From Singulisphaera sp. GP187 (GTDB lineage Bacteria; Chloroflexota; Chloroflexia; Chloroflexales; Roseiflexaceae), in the NCBI GenBank assembly GCA_943328915.2, contig CALQBW020000004.1, forward strand, positions 379-64,378: 64,000 bases of DNA, read 5' to 3'. The notes below the pieces were generated by a model. It searched no databases. It was not told the DNA's origin and saw nothing but the letters and a program-made list of their open reading frames with translations. Each line of letters opens with the position of its first letter. The stretch's first letter is position 1. The position numbers were made by a program, and so were the translations under genes. Of this stretch, positions 18,107 to 28,025 are shown in pieces.

Positions 18107-19364
18107 TTGAAAGCTCTGTTAATGCATAGATTGGGGCAATAGTTGCGTAGATAAGTTCCCAGGTATAGCGGGCATGGACTTTGGCGTACCCCATCGCACC
18201 ATAGTGTAGCGCCAATTGCGGATCGGTCAACAACCGTTCAATTGCTCGTGCCAATCCGGCGATATCTCCGAACGGGACCAACAGGCCATCTCCTTCGTGT
18301 CGTACCAAATCAGAAATCCCGCCGGCATCAGCTCCAATCACAGGCAGCTTATTGCACCAAGCTTCGAGAAACACAATCCCAAATGAATCGGTGCGTGAAG
18401 GCAACGTTAGTAGCTGCGCGGCAGCATAGGCATCACGTCGCTCAGCATCGCTCGCATACGCCAGCACACGAATCCGTGCGCTGGTTGTGGCCGGCAATTG
18501 ATTAAAAAATTGTTGAAAATGCTCCAGCGGTGCGCCAATCAATACCAGCGTTGCATCACTGCCAGCTTGCCAAAGCTGTTGCATTGCGTGGACCGTCGCA
18601 ATCGTACCTTTGTCAAACGCCATCGCACCTACTTGCAGTACAATAGGGCCTGCGATTGCATGACGTTCCCTGAAGCCCACACCATCGCCCCCGGTTACTT
18701 CTTCGGGGGTCACCCCTGCACCAACCACATGTAAATGCGCTTGGAGAATGCCGCGTGATTGCAAAAAACTCGCTTCACGCTTCGTCATTGTAATGACCGC
18801 ATAGCTTTGATTGAGCAAATCAAGTTGTTGGGGCATGCTGTAATAGCGCACAAAATTTCGATCTTGCGTTTCACCAAGATGCACAAATGGAGTAGTTATT
18901 ACGGGAATTTGATTTGTGTTGGCAATAGGTATTAACGGGTGGAGTAGCCCATCGAGGGTGACATTGGTGATGTGGATAATATCAATTTCATGCGCATGGG
19001 CTGCAAGCCAGGCGGTCATATCGGGCGCCTGCGGTGTCAACCCAGAGAGCCATCGCAATAAATTTAACGGCAAGCCAATGCGCCCCGCTTCTACCAACAG
19101 ACGACGCAATATCGGGTAGACTAACCGATTGCCACTGATACGTTGAATGGGGAAGCGATAGACCGCACAGCCTTCGTGCAATTCATAGCCAAGGGCAAAT
19201 GTCCGCTTGTCAGTTTGCCACAATGATTCGAGATCATGTGCAGTCGTCGTCAATACCGTCACACGATGACCATCAGCAACCAGTCGTTTGCCGATTTCGA
19301 CAAAATACCGCACCGATCCACTCGTGACTGGGTGATAAAGTTGCACAACGTGCACAATGTGCAT
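18096..19364 (-). CDS. Glycosyltransferase family 4 (GT-B)
   Basis: MHIVHVVQLYHPVTSGS.. and ..FLEAWCNKLPVIGADAGGISDLV.. Start moved to ATG 19364 so it no longer overlaps the upstream gene's stop at 19369. Confidence 0.85.
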   Translation of the reverse strand: MHIVHVVQLYHPVTSGSVRYFVEIGKRLVADGHRVTVLTTTAHDLESLWQTDKRTFALGYELHEGCAVYRFPIQRISGNRLVYPILRRLLVEAGRIGLPLNLLRWLSGLTPQAPDMTAWLAAHAHEIDIIHITNVTLDGLLHPLIPIANTNQIPVITTPFVHLGETQDRNFVRYYSMPQQLDLLNQSYAVITMTKREASFLQSRGILQAHLHVVGAGVTPEEVTGGDGVGFRERHAIAGPIVLQVGAMAFDKGTIATVHAMQQLWQAGSDATLVLIGAPLEHFQQFFNQLPATTSARIRVLAYASDAERRDAYAAAQLLTLPSRTDSFGIVFLEAWCNKLPVIGADAGGISDLVRHEGDGLLVPFGDIAGLARAIERLLTDPQLALHYGAMGYAKVHARYTWELIYATIAPIYALTELSNAD

Positions 19365-19368
19365 CCCG

Positions 19369-20388
19369 TTAATTCCCCCAAGAAATGCCTGAGTCGGCAT
19401 CAAATAATTGGTCACGGGTCATTTGTACGGTGTCGCCGTCAGGTTTGCCATCTTTGAGTTTTTGCGCATACAATTCAAATCCCGAAGCACCAGCGGGGAC
19501 TGCGAGGTACACCAACCACACACCATCTGGCGAAATAGCAGGCGCCCGTACTGTGTTGAGTTTGGTTATCTGTGTTGGGGTGCCGCCATTTGCTGGGAGC
19601 CCATAAATATCAGTCCCAGTTGGGGTTCGTAACACAAAATAAATCATTTGCCCATCTGGACTCAATGCAGGATCATACGATTGGTCTGGCATCCCTGTTG
19701 GGATTGAAAGGCGGCCACTCCCAATTGTATACCGCATAATCCGCGGGGCACCGTTTTGCCCTGATGGATTAAATGAAAAATATATATTTTTACCATCTAC
19801 ATCAAAAATAGAATGACCGATATTACCCGAACCATCTGCATACCCATCGACACGCTTACCACCCGCCCGCGCATCCATGAAGTACATAATAAGACGATAT
19901 TCTGAAGCAGGCGACCCTTCAGGCGGGCCAAACTGCGAGATATAGACAATACGACTTCCATCTGGAGAGAAAGAAGGATAAAACGCCCATGTCGAATCGT
20001 AAATTCGCTCAAAACTATGTAACGCATGCCGGGACACATTATCCGTCAATTGAATTGCTTCCCCCCCAGCGGCAGAGGTTAACATGATATCACTGGCACT
20101 CTCGGTGCGCCGTACAAAAACGATACGGGTCCCGTCCCTCGAAAAAGCAGGTTGCCACGCATCCCCACTCTTGGTCAATTGTTGCAAATTCCCAGCTTGC
20201 CACATCATCAAATCACCTGCTTTGGACATCAGCAAACGACCAGGTAAATCTGGCGTCGCAATGACCGCTGGTGCTCGATTCGAGGTACTTACTGTACCAT
20301 CACTGTTAGTAACGGTTGTCGTACCACTACACGCAACCAAAATCATCATTACCAATAATAATTGAATGACCCAATAAAACCGTTTCAT
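19369..20388 (-). CDS. TolB-like PD40 beta-propeller lipoprotein
   Basis: Signal/lipobox MKRFYWVIQLLLVMMILVAC-SG. Repeated FSRDG/FSPDG/LSPDG/ISPDG PD40 motifs. Confidence 0.8.
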   Translation of the reverse strand: MKRFYWVIQLLLVMMILVACSGTTTVTNSDGTVSTSNRAPAVIATPDLPGRLLMSKAGDLMMWQAGNLQQLTKSGDAWQPAFSRDGTRIVFVRRTESASDIMLTSAAGGEAIQLTDNVSRHALHSFERIYDSTWAFYPSFSPDGSRIVYISQFGPPEGSPASEYRLIMYFMDARAGGKRVDGYADGSGNIGHSIFDVDGKNIYFSFNPSGQNGAPRIMRYTIGSGRLSIPTGMPDQSYDPALSPDGQMIYFVLRTPTGTDIYGLPANGGTPTQITKLNTVRAPAISPDGVWLVYLAVPAGASGFELYAQKLKDGKPDGDTVQMTRDQLFDADSGISWGN

Positions 20389-20397
20389 TGTTACGTC

Positions 20398-21333
20398 CTA
20401 TTCTTCCACATGAGCAAACATACGTGCGGCAGCGGTAGTCGTCACTAATACGCGTAACGCACGTGGCAAGACTTCGATAATGCGCGGTGTCATCCCGATA
20501 AAATCACCATCAATTTGGACTGGCAAAGCCCCTCCGCGAATATGCACTTGTCGTACCCGCCGATAAATAATACTTTCATCATGCCAACCAAAATACAATT
20601 TGAGATACAACCCAATAAACTGCCATGGACCACGTACCATCGTGCTGCCGGATATCAAACAAATATCAAGAAAACCGTCATCTATTGTCGCCCTCGGCGT
20701 AAACGGGATAAAACTTGCATACCACGGTGTGTTACCCACTACCATCATCAATGCACGCACATCTATAATTTCGTCATCGAATTGGAGTTGGACATCGACA
20801 CCGCGAAAACTCCATACCACCGTTATTATCCGCCCTATATATGCCAACACTCCAAAACGCCGTTTATCGTGCGAATAGAGATGTTTGACGACATCGGCAT
20901 CAAACCCCACCCCAGCCATCAGCACAAAAAACTGTTCACCAATGCGGCCTACATCCATTCGCCCTACAACACCCGTCATAATTTGCTGAACAGCAGTGAA
21001 AGTATTCATCGAATACCCTGCTTCGCGCGCCCTTACATTGACTGTCCCGACGGGTAACGGAGCGAGGACGACATCACTACCCATCAAACCATTCGCGACT
21101 TCATTGACGGTACCGTCACCGCCGGCGGCAATCACGAGATCATAGTGTTGTACCACAGCTACGCGGGCAAGTTCTTGGGCATGGCCTGGGTGATTCACGA
21201 CCCATTTATCAACCTGCCAGCCATGTGATTGCCAAATTGCAATCGCATGAGTAATCGCCGCGCCGAGCCCTTGCGCCTGACCTGCATGTTGATTGGCAAT
21301 GATACAAACCCGAGCGTTGACAGGAATCGTCAT
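20398..21333 (-). CDS. Diacylglycerol/lipid kinase family protein (YegS/BmrU-like)
   Basis: ..AAGGDGTVNEVANGL.. catalytic-domain motif. Confidence 0.85.
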   Translation of the reverse strand: MTIPVNARVCIIANQHAGQAQGLGAAITHAIAIWQSHGWQVDKWVVNHPGHAQELARVAVVQHYDLVIAAGGDGTVNEVANGLMGSDVVLAPLPVGTVNVRAREAGYSMNTFTAVQQIMTGVVGRMDVGRIGEQFFVLMAGVGFDADVVKHLYSHDKRRFGVLAYIGRIITVVWSFRGVDVQLQFDDEIIDVRALMMVVGNTPWYASFIPFTPRATIDDGFLDICLISGSTMVRGPWQFIGLYLKLYFGWHDESIIYRRVRQVHIRGGALPVQIDGDFIGMTPRIIEVLPRALRVLVTTTAAARMFAHVEE

Positions 21334-22022
21334 AGTTCACTCGCATGAGGGAATAAATTTAGCGGTAACGCATGACGCCATTCCACGTAGGCCTGCGTGG
21401 GCGTCCGACCACAAACAACCCCTAAATCAGACAAGGCTTGGGTAACCAGCGACAATGGCAACCCCACGACATTTGTGATACTTCCTGTCACAGCAGTGAC
21501 CAAACTCCCGGCCAATCCTTGGATTCCATACGCACCCGCCTTGTCCATTGGTTCACCGCTGGCAACATAGGTGTCGATTATTAATTCATTCAACCCTACC
21601 ATTTGGACTTTGCTCATTTGCGCTAGCAACAACGGTTCTCCGTGAGGGGCAAATATGGCCAAACCGGTATATACTTCATGCCAACGACCAGACAAACGGT
21701 TCAACATCGATTTCGCATCAGCTTCATCAAGTGGCTTATTGAGCACCATTCCATCGAGAACCACAATCGTATCAGCCGCAATGACGACGGCTTCTGGATT
21801 ATGTCGCGCACAAGCTTCCCCTTTGCGCCAAGCCCGGATCGTCGGATGATCATGGTGATTGACGCATACGTGCGGTAACCGTTCCAAAAAAGATGCAGAT
21901 GGCAGGTGAATACCTTCTTCAGCATCACTCACCACCACACGAAAAGGGACATCCAGTGCATGGAGCAATTCAGCGCGCCGTGGTGAACCAGACGCCAAAA
22001 TTACGTCGTATTGTTTACTCAT
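21330..22022 (-). CDS. maf: Maf-like nucleoside triphosphate pyrophosphatase
   Basis: ..ILASGSPRRAELL.., ..AADTIVVLDG.., ..AGAYGIQG.. Confidence 0.9.
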   Translation of the reverse strand: MSKQYDVILASGSPRRAELLHALDVPFRVVVSDAEEGIHLPSASFLERLPHVCVNHHDHPTIRAWRKGEACARHNPEAVVIAADTIVVLDGMVLNKPLDEADAKSMLNRLSGRWHEVYTGLAIFAPHGEPLLLAQMSKVQMVGLNELIIDTYVASGEPMDKAGAYGIQGLAGSLVTAVTGSITNVVGLPLSLVTQALSDLGVVCGRTPTQAYVEWRHALPLNLFPHASEL

Positions 22023-22193
22023 ATCAACAAATATGCTACTATCATTTACATTGATGGGTAACCATCAGAAAGGTATTTTGCTATGATTCACTCTGCACAT
22101 TATACAACCCTATCATGAAACAACAGCAGTGATATGTACGTCTAGTGTGATAGCTGTGTTTCAGCGAATTTCACGGTATTGAAAGGAAGATTT

Positions 22194-22886
22194 ATGCAGT
22201 CACAACCGCAGCCGGTGGTAGTCGTTCAATCGCAGATCCAAAGTGTCATGCAGCAGGTCTATTTGTGGATGACTGCTGGTCTTTTGGTGACCGGTGCAAT
22301 TTCGAGCATGATTTATAACAGTCCAAGTTTGCAAGGTATTCTGTTGAATTCCGTTGTCTTTATTGCATTATTTGTCGTAGAAATCGGCTTAGTACTCGGT
22401 ATTAGTGCAATGATCAATAAAATGTCTCCTGCGCTTGCTACAGGCTTGTTCATTTTGTATGCCGCGGTAAATGGGATTACGTTGACACCTATTTTCTTTG
22501 CGTACACCAGCTCATCAATTGCAACTGCATTTTTTACTGCTGCAGGGATGTTTGCCGCCTTGGCCCTCTACGGGACTGCGACAAAACGCAATTTAAGTGG
22601 GATGGGGCGGTTTATGATGATGGCCCTGTTTGGGTTGATTATTGCCACCATCATCAATATTTTCTTAAAAAATGGTGTCATGGATTTCGCGATTAGTATT
22701 TTTGGTGTTGTGATTTTTGCCGGGTTAACCGCCTACGACACGCAACGCTTAAACCAACTCGCCAGCCAAGCATCAAGTGACGACGAGATTGGGCGTTTCT
22801 CGATTATGGGAGCTTTGATTCTCTATCTCGACTTTATTAACTTGTTCCTCTATTTGCTCCGGTTGTTCGGCAAACGCCGCGACTAA
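22194..22886 (+). CDS. BAX inhibitor-1 / YccA family membrane protein
   Basis: Seven hydrophobic segments and the ..LTAYDTQRL.. motif. Start moved to ATG 22194 behind AAAGGAAG. Confidence 0.9.
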   Translation: MQSQPQPVVVVQSQIQSVMQQVYLWMTAGLLVTGAISSMIYNSPSLQGILLNSVVFIALFVVEIGLVLGISAMINKMSPALATGLFILYAAVNGITLTPIFFAYTSSSIATAFFTAAGMFAALALYGTATKRNLSGMGRFMMMALFGLIIATIINIFLKNGVMDFAISIFGVVIFAGLTAYDTQRLNQLASQASSDDEIGRFSIMGALILYLDFINLFLYLLRLFGKRRD

Positions 22887-22904
22887 TCGCATAATCGGCG
22901 CTCA

Positions 22905-22933
22905 CCTCCCCTCACATATTCTGTGAGGGGAGG
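22905..22933 (+). terminator. Intrinsic terminator for the BI-1 gene (overlaps the purN 3' end)
   Basis: CCTCCCCTCACA-TATTC-TGTGAGGGGAGG, a perfect 12-bp stem, followed by TCTTTTAATAAT. Confidence 0.55.
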
Positions 22934-23559
22934 TCTTTTAATAATAATTGCAACGTAGTAATCAACAACTGTTGTTCGACGGCCCGAATCCGCGCATGCA
23001 AGGTTTCTTCGGTATCATCAGGCAAAATCACAACTTCTTGGCGGGCCAACACCGGACCTCGATCGACCTCCGGCACGACAGCATGTAGGGTACATCCCGT
23101 CACCGGTAACTGGAGTGCGAGTGCATCACGCACCACATGTGCCCCCCGCAACGCCGGAATCACCCGCCCATCATTGAGCGTCACCACATCACCACCGTCG
23201 GCAGGCAACAACGCCGGGTGCTGATTAATCACCGGCATCGGCAACGCACTCAATGCCGGTGCACTCAAAATCCGCATGAATCCCGACAACAAAAACAAAT
23301 CGGGTTGTACCGCACAAATCAAGGCGACGATTGTGTGTTCCCAATCAGTGCGTTGCGCCGGTGTCGCCTTGCGGGGGAATGGCACGGCACACACGGGAAT
23401 GCGTTGATTGAGTGCCCGTTGCACCCCACCACATTCCGGCCGGTCACTGATGACGAGAGCAATCCGTGCCTGGATACGCCCATCAGCAATCGCATCGATG
23501 AGTGCTTGCAAATTCGAGCCACCGCCTGATACCGCCACCACAATTGCAGCGTAGGTCAT
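22912..23559 (-). CDS. purN: Phosphoribosylglycinamide formyltransferase
   Basis: ..VAVSGGGSNLQALIDA.. and ..INQHPALLP.. Overlaps the purD stop by 4 nt. Confidence 0.93.
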   Translation of the reverse strand: MTYAAIVVAVSGGGSNLQALIDAIADGRIQARIALVISDRPECGGVQRALNQRIPVCAVPFPRKATPAQRTDWEHTIVALICAVQPDLFLLSGFMRILSAPALSALPMPVINQHPALLPADGGDVVTLNDGRVIPALRGAHVVRDALALQLPVTGCTLHAVVPEVDRGPVLARQEVVILPDDTEETLHARIRAVEQQLLITTLQLLLKDLPSQNM

Positions 23560-24803
23560 ACTAACTCCGTCTGACCGATATCGAGACGAAACTGCATGCC
23601 CGCAAATCGCACGGCATCCACGGTCGCATATGCGGTGCGCAAGGCGCTGACCAGATCGGTGCCGTAGCCAACCGCATTGAGTACCCGACCTCCGGCAGTC
23701 ACGAGTTGATCACCATCGCGCCGCGTACCGGCATGCAAAATCGTCCCATTGGCCGGGATATTGGTGGAATCAATAGTAATCACATCACCGCTCCGGGGGG
23801 CATTGGGATACCCAGCACTACCCAAGACCACACAGGCCGTAGCCCCTGCGCGCCAACCCAATGTATTAGGGGTGAGTGATTGGGTAGCGGCTGCATAGAT
23901 GGCCAGTAGCACATCACCATCACAGAGTGGCAAAATGACTTGTGCTTCAGGGTCTCCAAAGCGCGCATTGAACTCAATCACTTTGGGGCCGTGCTCAGTT
24001 AACATCAGACCTGCATACAGAGCGCCCACGAATGGAGTTTGATGCGCTGCCAACATATCAATGACCGGTTGCATAACAATTTGCGTCAATTGTTGCGCAA
24101 TCGGTTGCGTAATCGCATTCAGGGGCGCTATTGCTCCCATTCCACCCGTATTAGGGCCTTCATCACCATCAAAAATTCGCTTATGATCACGGGCGGACGG
24201 TAACGCCATCACGGTATGCCCATCGCTCAACGCAATCAACGATACCTCTGGCCCATACAACCGCTCTTCAAGTAAAATCTGCTCACCTGCAGGGAGTGTG
24301 GCAAGTTGGGCAATTGCATCGAGTGTTTCGGACATACTTTCGGCAACGATTACTCCTTTGCCTGCCGCCAGACCATCGGCTTTGACTACCCACGCTTGGC
24401 CACTTTGGCGCACAAAGGCGCTGGCCTCGACGGTATCTTGAAATACGCGAAACGCTGCCGTAGGTACTGCAACGCGTTGCATCACCTGTTTGGCGAAGCC
24501 CTTGCTACTTTCGAGACGTGCCGCAGACTGAGACGCCCCAAATACCGGGATCCCCAGGGCGCGGATCGCATCTGACCAGCCGGCCGCCAGCGGTGCTTCT
24601 GGGCCAATTACCACCAAATCTGTGGGATGGGTCACAAGCCACGCCTGCACTTCAGCGAGTGAGGTCAACTTTGCCGTGGGCGCATCGAGGGCAATTCCAG
24701 GATTGCCTGGGGCGACAATGAGGGTAGTGAGGCGTGGCGACGCCAACATTGCCTTGGTCAATGCATGTTCCCGCCCGCCAGAACCTATCAAAAGAACACG
24801 CAT
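23556..24803 (-). CDS. purD: Phosphoribosylamine--glycine ligase
   Basis: MRVLLIGSGGREHAL.. and an ATP-grasp core, 415 aa. Confidence 0.96.
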   Translation of the reverse strand: MRVLLIGSGGREHALTKAMLASPRLTTLIVAPGNPGIALDAPTAKLTSLAEVQAWLVTHPTDLVVIGPEAPLAAGWSDAIRALGIPVFGASQSAARLESSKGFAKQVMQRVAVPTAAFRVFQDTVEASAFVRQSGQAWVVKADGLAAGKGVIVAESMSETLDAIAQLATLPAGEQILLEERLYGPEVSLIALSDGHTVMALPSARDHKRIFDGDEGPNTGGMGAIAPLNAITQPIAQQLTQIVMQPVIDMLAAHQTPFVGALYAGLMLTEHGPKVIEFNARFGDPEAQVILPLCDGDVLLAIYAAATQSLTPNTLGWRAGATACVVLGSAGYPNAPRSGDVITIDSTNIPANGTILHAGTRRDGDQLVTAGGRVLNAVGYGTDLVSALRTAYATVDAVRFAGMQFRLDIGQTELV

Positions 24804-24837
24804 CTTGCCCCCTCACCAATAATGTAATTATTCATTA

Positions 24838-24843
24838 ATTATA
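24838..24843 (-). promoter_or_regulatory. Candidate -10 hexamer TATAAT for purD-purN
   Basis: The minus strand reads TATAAT about 35 nt upstream of ATG 24803. Confidence 0.3.
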
Positions 24844-24995
24844 TGCGAATTACCGATGCTTTTCTAAACTTGAATGCTGAGCGATGCAATCAAGGAAACG
24901 TAATTAGCAGAGGTCCTGGCAGTGACTATTACGCCATGTCGAATCAATCTGTAATAGGGTTGGAAAAGTGCGTAAAGCTATTCGTTTTCATTCAA

Positions 24996-25004
24996 TGCTA
25001 CAAT
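24996..25004 (+). promoter_or_regulatory. Candidate extended -10 element TGCTACAAT for the hypothetical-GT4-GT4 operon
   Basis: Located 35 nt upstream of ATG 25040. Confidence 0.35.
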
Positions 25005-25039
25005 GTAGGCACATTTATGATTGTCAGTGCGAGGTTTAC

Positions 25040-25786
25040 ATGTCGCTACCAATCCCCCCATCTAATGATCCAATCGATGTCGCTGCAATAATTGCTGCTT
25101 TGCATCTTCAGATTCTACAACGCAATAACACTACCCCAAATGACACATCTTTTGCGGACGATGAACTTCAAGATCTCCGTGATGCGCTCCATGAAATGGA
25201 ATTGACTCGGGTCATCAGTGCGCATTTGCCCCTCAAAAACAACAGCTTCATCGGTCGTTTCATCACCATTATTCAAAAGATTACCCGACGCTTATTACGT
25301 TGGTATATAAACCCCATTGTCGAACAACAAAACATGTACAACGATGCCGTGATGCGCACAATCCAAGCATTAGTAGACGCGTTTCATACTCGCATCACCA
25401 CCACGCCGCCTTTCCCGATTCCAGCCCCCACGGTTGGCAGTGAATCAACGTATGACGAAGTCCAACGAATTCACGCTCAATTTACCCAGCTTGAACCTGC
25501 CATTCGACCGACAGAACATACGCTTGTTTCACTTGTGGCCACTCGCAGACAGCTCATGACTGTCAGAACGCATTGGCCATTACCGGTCCGCAATTCCATC
25601 GACCACCTTGCCAATGCGATCCACCGTATCCAACGCGTTGGATTACGATGGTATGTGAATCCAATTGTTGACCAAATGAATGCGCACAACTGCTCAACCC
25701 ACGCTGTACTCAACCACTGCTACACCTACACCACTGCAACGCGGATTTCACTCGAACGGCTACGGAACCAGATTCAGCATGAATAA
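25040..25786 (+). CDS. Hypothetical protein with two tandem internal repeats, translationally coupled to a glycosyltransferase
   Basis: Repeat 1 is ..HLPLKNNSFIGRFITIIQKITRRLLRWYINPIVEQQNMYNDAV.. Repeat 2 is ..HWPLPVRNSIDHLANAIHRIQRVGLRWYVNPIVDQMNAHNCST.. Start moved to ATG 25040 behind GAGG. Confidence 0.6.
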   Translation: MSLPIPPSNDPIDVAAIIAALHLQILQRNNTTPNDTSFADDELQDLRDALHEMELTRVISAHLPLKNNSFIGRFITIIQKITRRLLRWYINPIVEQQNMYNDAVMRTIQALVDAFHTRITTTPPFPIPAPTVGSESTYDEVQRIHAQFTQLEPAIRPTEHTLVSLVATRRQLMTVRTHWPLPVRNSIDHLANAIHRIQRVGLRWYVNPIVDQMNAHNCSTHAVLNHCYTYTTATRISLERLRNQIQHE

Positions 25787-26978
25787 AGATATTATCACCA
25801 TCGTAAGTACCTGGTATGGGCCTGACACTGCGGGTGGTGCCGAAAACGCCGCCCGCCAACTTGCTATCGCCCTGCATACCCAAGGTCATCCTATTGAAGT
25901 ATGGAGCACCACTGCTCGGGATTTATTTGCGCCAACCACACCGCACTACCCACGTGGCGAAAGTCACGATGCAGGGATTATCGTGCGGCGTTTTTCCATA
26001 GACACACCGCCTCCAGATGCTCAAATCCCTAGTTATGCATTGCGTTTTCCTACAATAAAAGCTACACTTGCCAGCATCCAACCAGATGCACAAGAATTAC
26101 GCACCATAGCGGCATTAGCTTTTAGCTACGACTTACTCGCGCATATCGCCACTCATTCACTTGGGAGGCGGTTTTTGTTCGTCCCATACCCCTTACCAAG
26201 CAGTATCTGGGGTGTCATGCTGGCACCTGAACGCAGTTTTTTGCTCCCCTGCATGCACGATGAGCCATATGCCTATCACCGCATCAGTCGTTGGCAACTG
26301 CAACATGCCCGAGGGATTTTGGCGAACAGTGCCGGTGAACGTGACTTTATCGTTAAACAATACCAAATCAAACCTAACCGAGTTTGCTTGACTCGCCTTG
26401 GAATTGACTGCACTGCTCACGGCAACGGAGAACGTTTCCGCGATAGATTCAATATTCGTGGACCGATGCTGTTTTTTGCGGGACGTCGTGACGCCAGCAA
26501 GAACGTCCCATTATTACTCCATTATGTCCAAGAATATATTATCCGCCGTCAAAAAATGGTGACGTTGGTACTAGCCGGTCGTGATCCACTCGAATTGTCA
26601 CGTTATCAGCGTCGTTTTGTGTGTGATGTGGTGTTTATCGATGAGCAGACCAAAACCGATGCTTTTGACGCAGCAGATGTGTTTGTGCATGCAGGCACCC
26701 AAGAAAGTTTCGCGTTTGTGCTAATGGAATCTTGGCTACAATCGACACCGACGTTGGTCAATCAGACATGCGCAGTTACACAGCAGGCTGTCACGGAATC
26801 ACAGGGTGGCTTGACATTCAATGATTTTGCCAGCTTCGCGGCCGCATTAGATATCCTACTCAATAGTCCTCACCTGAATGAGCGTATGGGACACGCTGGT
26901 CGGGGGTATGTCATGACCAACTGTCAGTGGTCCGATGTGGCCACTCGCGCCGTTAATGCATTATTACGAGAAGACTAA
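25779..26978 (+). CDS. Glycosyltransferase family 4 (GT-B)
   Basis: ..VSTWYGPDTAGGAENAARQLA.. and ..ESFAFVLMESW.. The ATG overlaps the upstream ORF's end by 8 nt. Confidence 0.85.
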   Translation: MNKDIITIVSTWYGPDTAGGAENAARQLAIALHTQGHPIEVWSTTARDLFAPTTPHYPRGESHDAGIIVRRFSIDTPPPDAQIPSYALRFPTIKATLASIQPDAQELRTIAALAFSYDLLAHIATHSLGRRFLFVPYPLPSSIWGVMLAPERSFLLPCMHDEPYAYHRISRWQLQHARGILANSAGERDFIVKQYQIKPNRVCLTRLGIDCTAHGNGERFRDRFNIRGPMLFFAGRRDASKNVPLLLHYVQEYIIRRQKMVTLVLAGRDPLELSRYQRRFVCDVVFIDEQTKTDAFDAADVFVHAGTQESFAFVLMESWLQSTPTLVNQTCAVTQQAVTESQGGLTFNDFASFAAALDILLNSPHLNERMGHAGRGYVMTNCQWSDVATRAVNALLRED

Positions 26979-26981
26979 CGC

Positions 26982-28013
26982 ATGCGCATAGTTATTTGTA
27001 CATCCCAAGTCCCATTTGTGCGCGGTGGCGCCGAACTGCTTGTCGAAGGGCTACGCGATGCCTTGCGACGCCACGGCCACACCGTCGACATCGTGGCACT
27101 GCCATATCGTTGGCAACCGCACTCACACCTCATCGATAGCATGTTGGCGTGGCGACTGATTGACCTCAGTGAAGTCGATGGACGACCGGTAGATCTGGTC
27201 ATCGCTACCAAATTCCCGTCGTATATGGTTCGTCATCCGCGAAAAGTGGTGTGGCTCGTCCATCAGCATCGCCAAGCATATGATTGGTACGGCACGCAGT
27301 ATTCTGATTTTGTAAATACTCCCGAAGATCGCAGCGTGCGTGAACAACTCATGCAAGCCGATACCAACGCGATCAACGAAGCCACCCGTTGTTTTGCAAT
27401 TTCCCAAAACGTTGCGCAACGGTTGTGGCGATTTAACCACTGTAACGCTGCGCCACTCTACCCACCCAGCCACTATACCGGACGTTTTTATGCCAACGCA
27501 TATGGTGATTATATTTTTTCAGATGCCCGCCTCGATGCCGCCAAACGGATAGATTTGCTGTTAAATGCGGTGGCGACCATGCAATCACCTTGCAAAGTCA
27601 TTTTGGCAAGCACCGGCCCCGCAAAAGCACAACTCACCCAATTGGCAAACGAACTGGGCATCTCTGCATATGTTGAATTTCGTGGGTATGTTGATGATGA
27701 TACGTTATTGGCATTGTACGCCGAGGCACGGGCTGTTTACTATGCCCCGTTTGACGAAGATTATGGCTTTACCACTATTCAAGCGATGGCAGCTGCCCGC
27801 CCCGTCGTCACTACCAGCGATGCCGGAGGAACTCTCGAATTTGTGCGCCACAACCACAATGGGCTAATCGCCCTGCCGACACCTGCGGACATTGCCACAG
27901 CACTCAATCGAATTATGAGTGAACCTGGTTTGGCACAACAATTGGGACAAAACGGCCCCTCCACCGTTGCCCAGATTACCTGGGATGGGGTGGTAGGGGC
28001 CTTGTTGGCATAA
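26982..28013 (+). CDS. Glycosyltransferase family 4 (GT-B)
   Basis: MRIVICTSQVPFVRGGAELL.. and ..EDYGFTTIQAMAAARPVVTTSDAGGTLEFV.. Confidence 0.85.
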   Translation: MRIVICTSQVPFVRGGAELLVEGLRDALRRHGHTVDIVALPYRWQPHSHLIDSMLAWRLIDLSEVDGRPVDLVIATKFPSYMVRHPRKVVWLVHQHRQAYDWYGTQYSDFVNTPEDRSVREQLMQADTNAINEATRCFAISQNVAQRLWRFNHCNAAPLYPPSHYTGRFYANAYGDYIFSDARLDAAKRIDLLLNAVATMQSPCKVILASTGPAKAQLTQLANELGISAYVEFRGYVDDDTLLALYAEARAVYYAPFDEDYGFTTIQAMAAARPVVTTSDAGGTLEFVRHNHNGLIALPTPADIATALNRIMSEPGLAQQLGQNGPSTVAQITWDGVVGALLA

Positions 28014-28025
28014 TCCCACGAAGCG

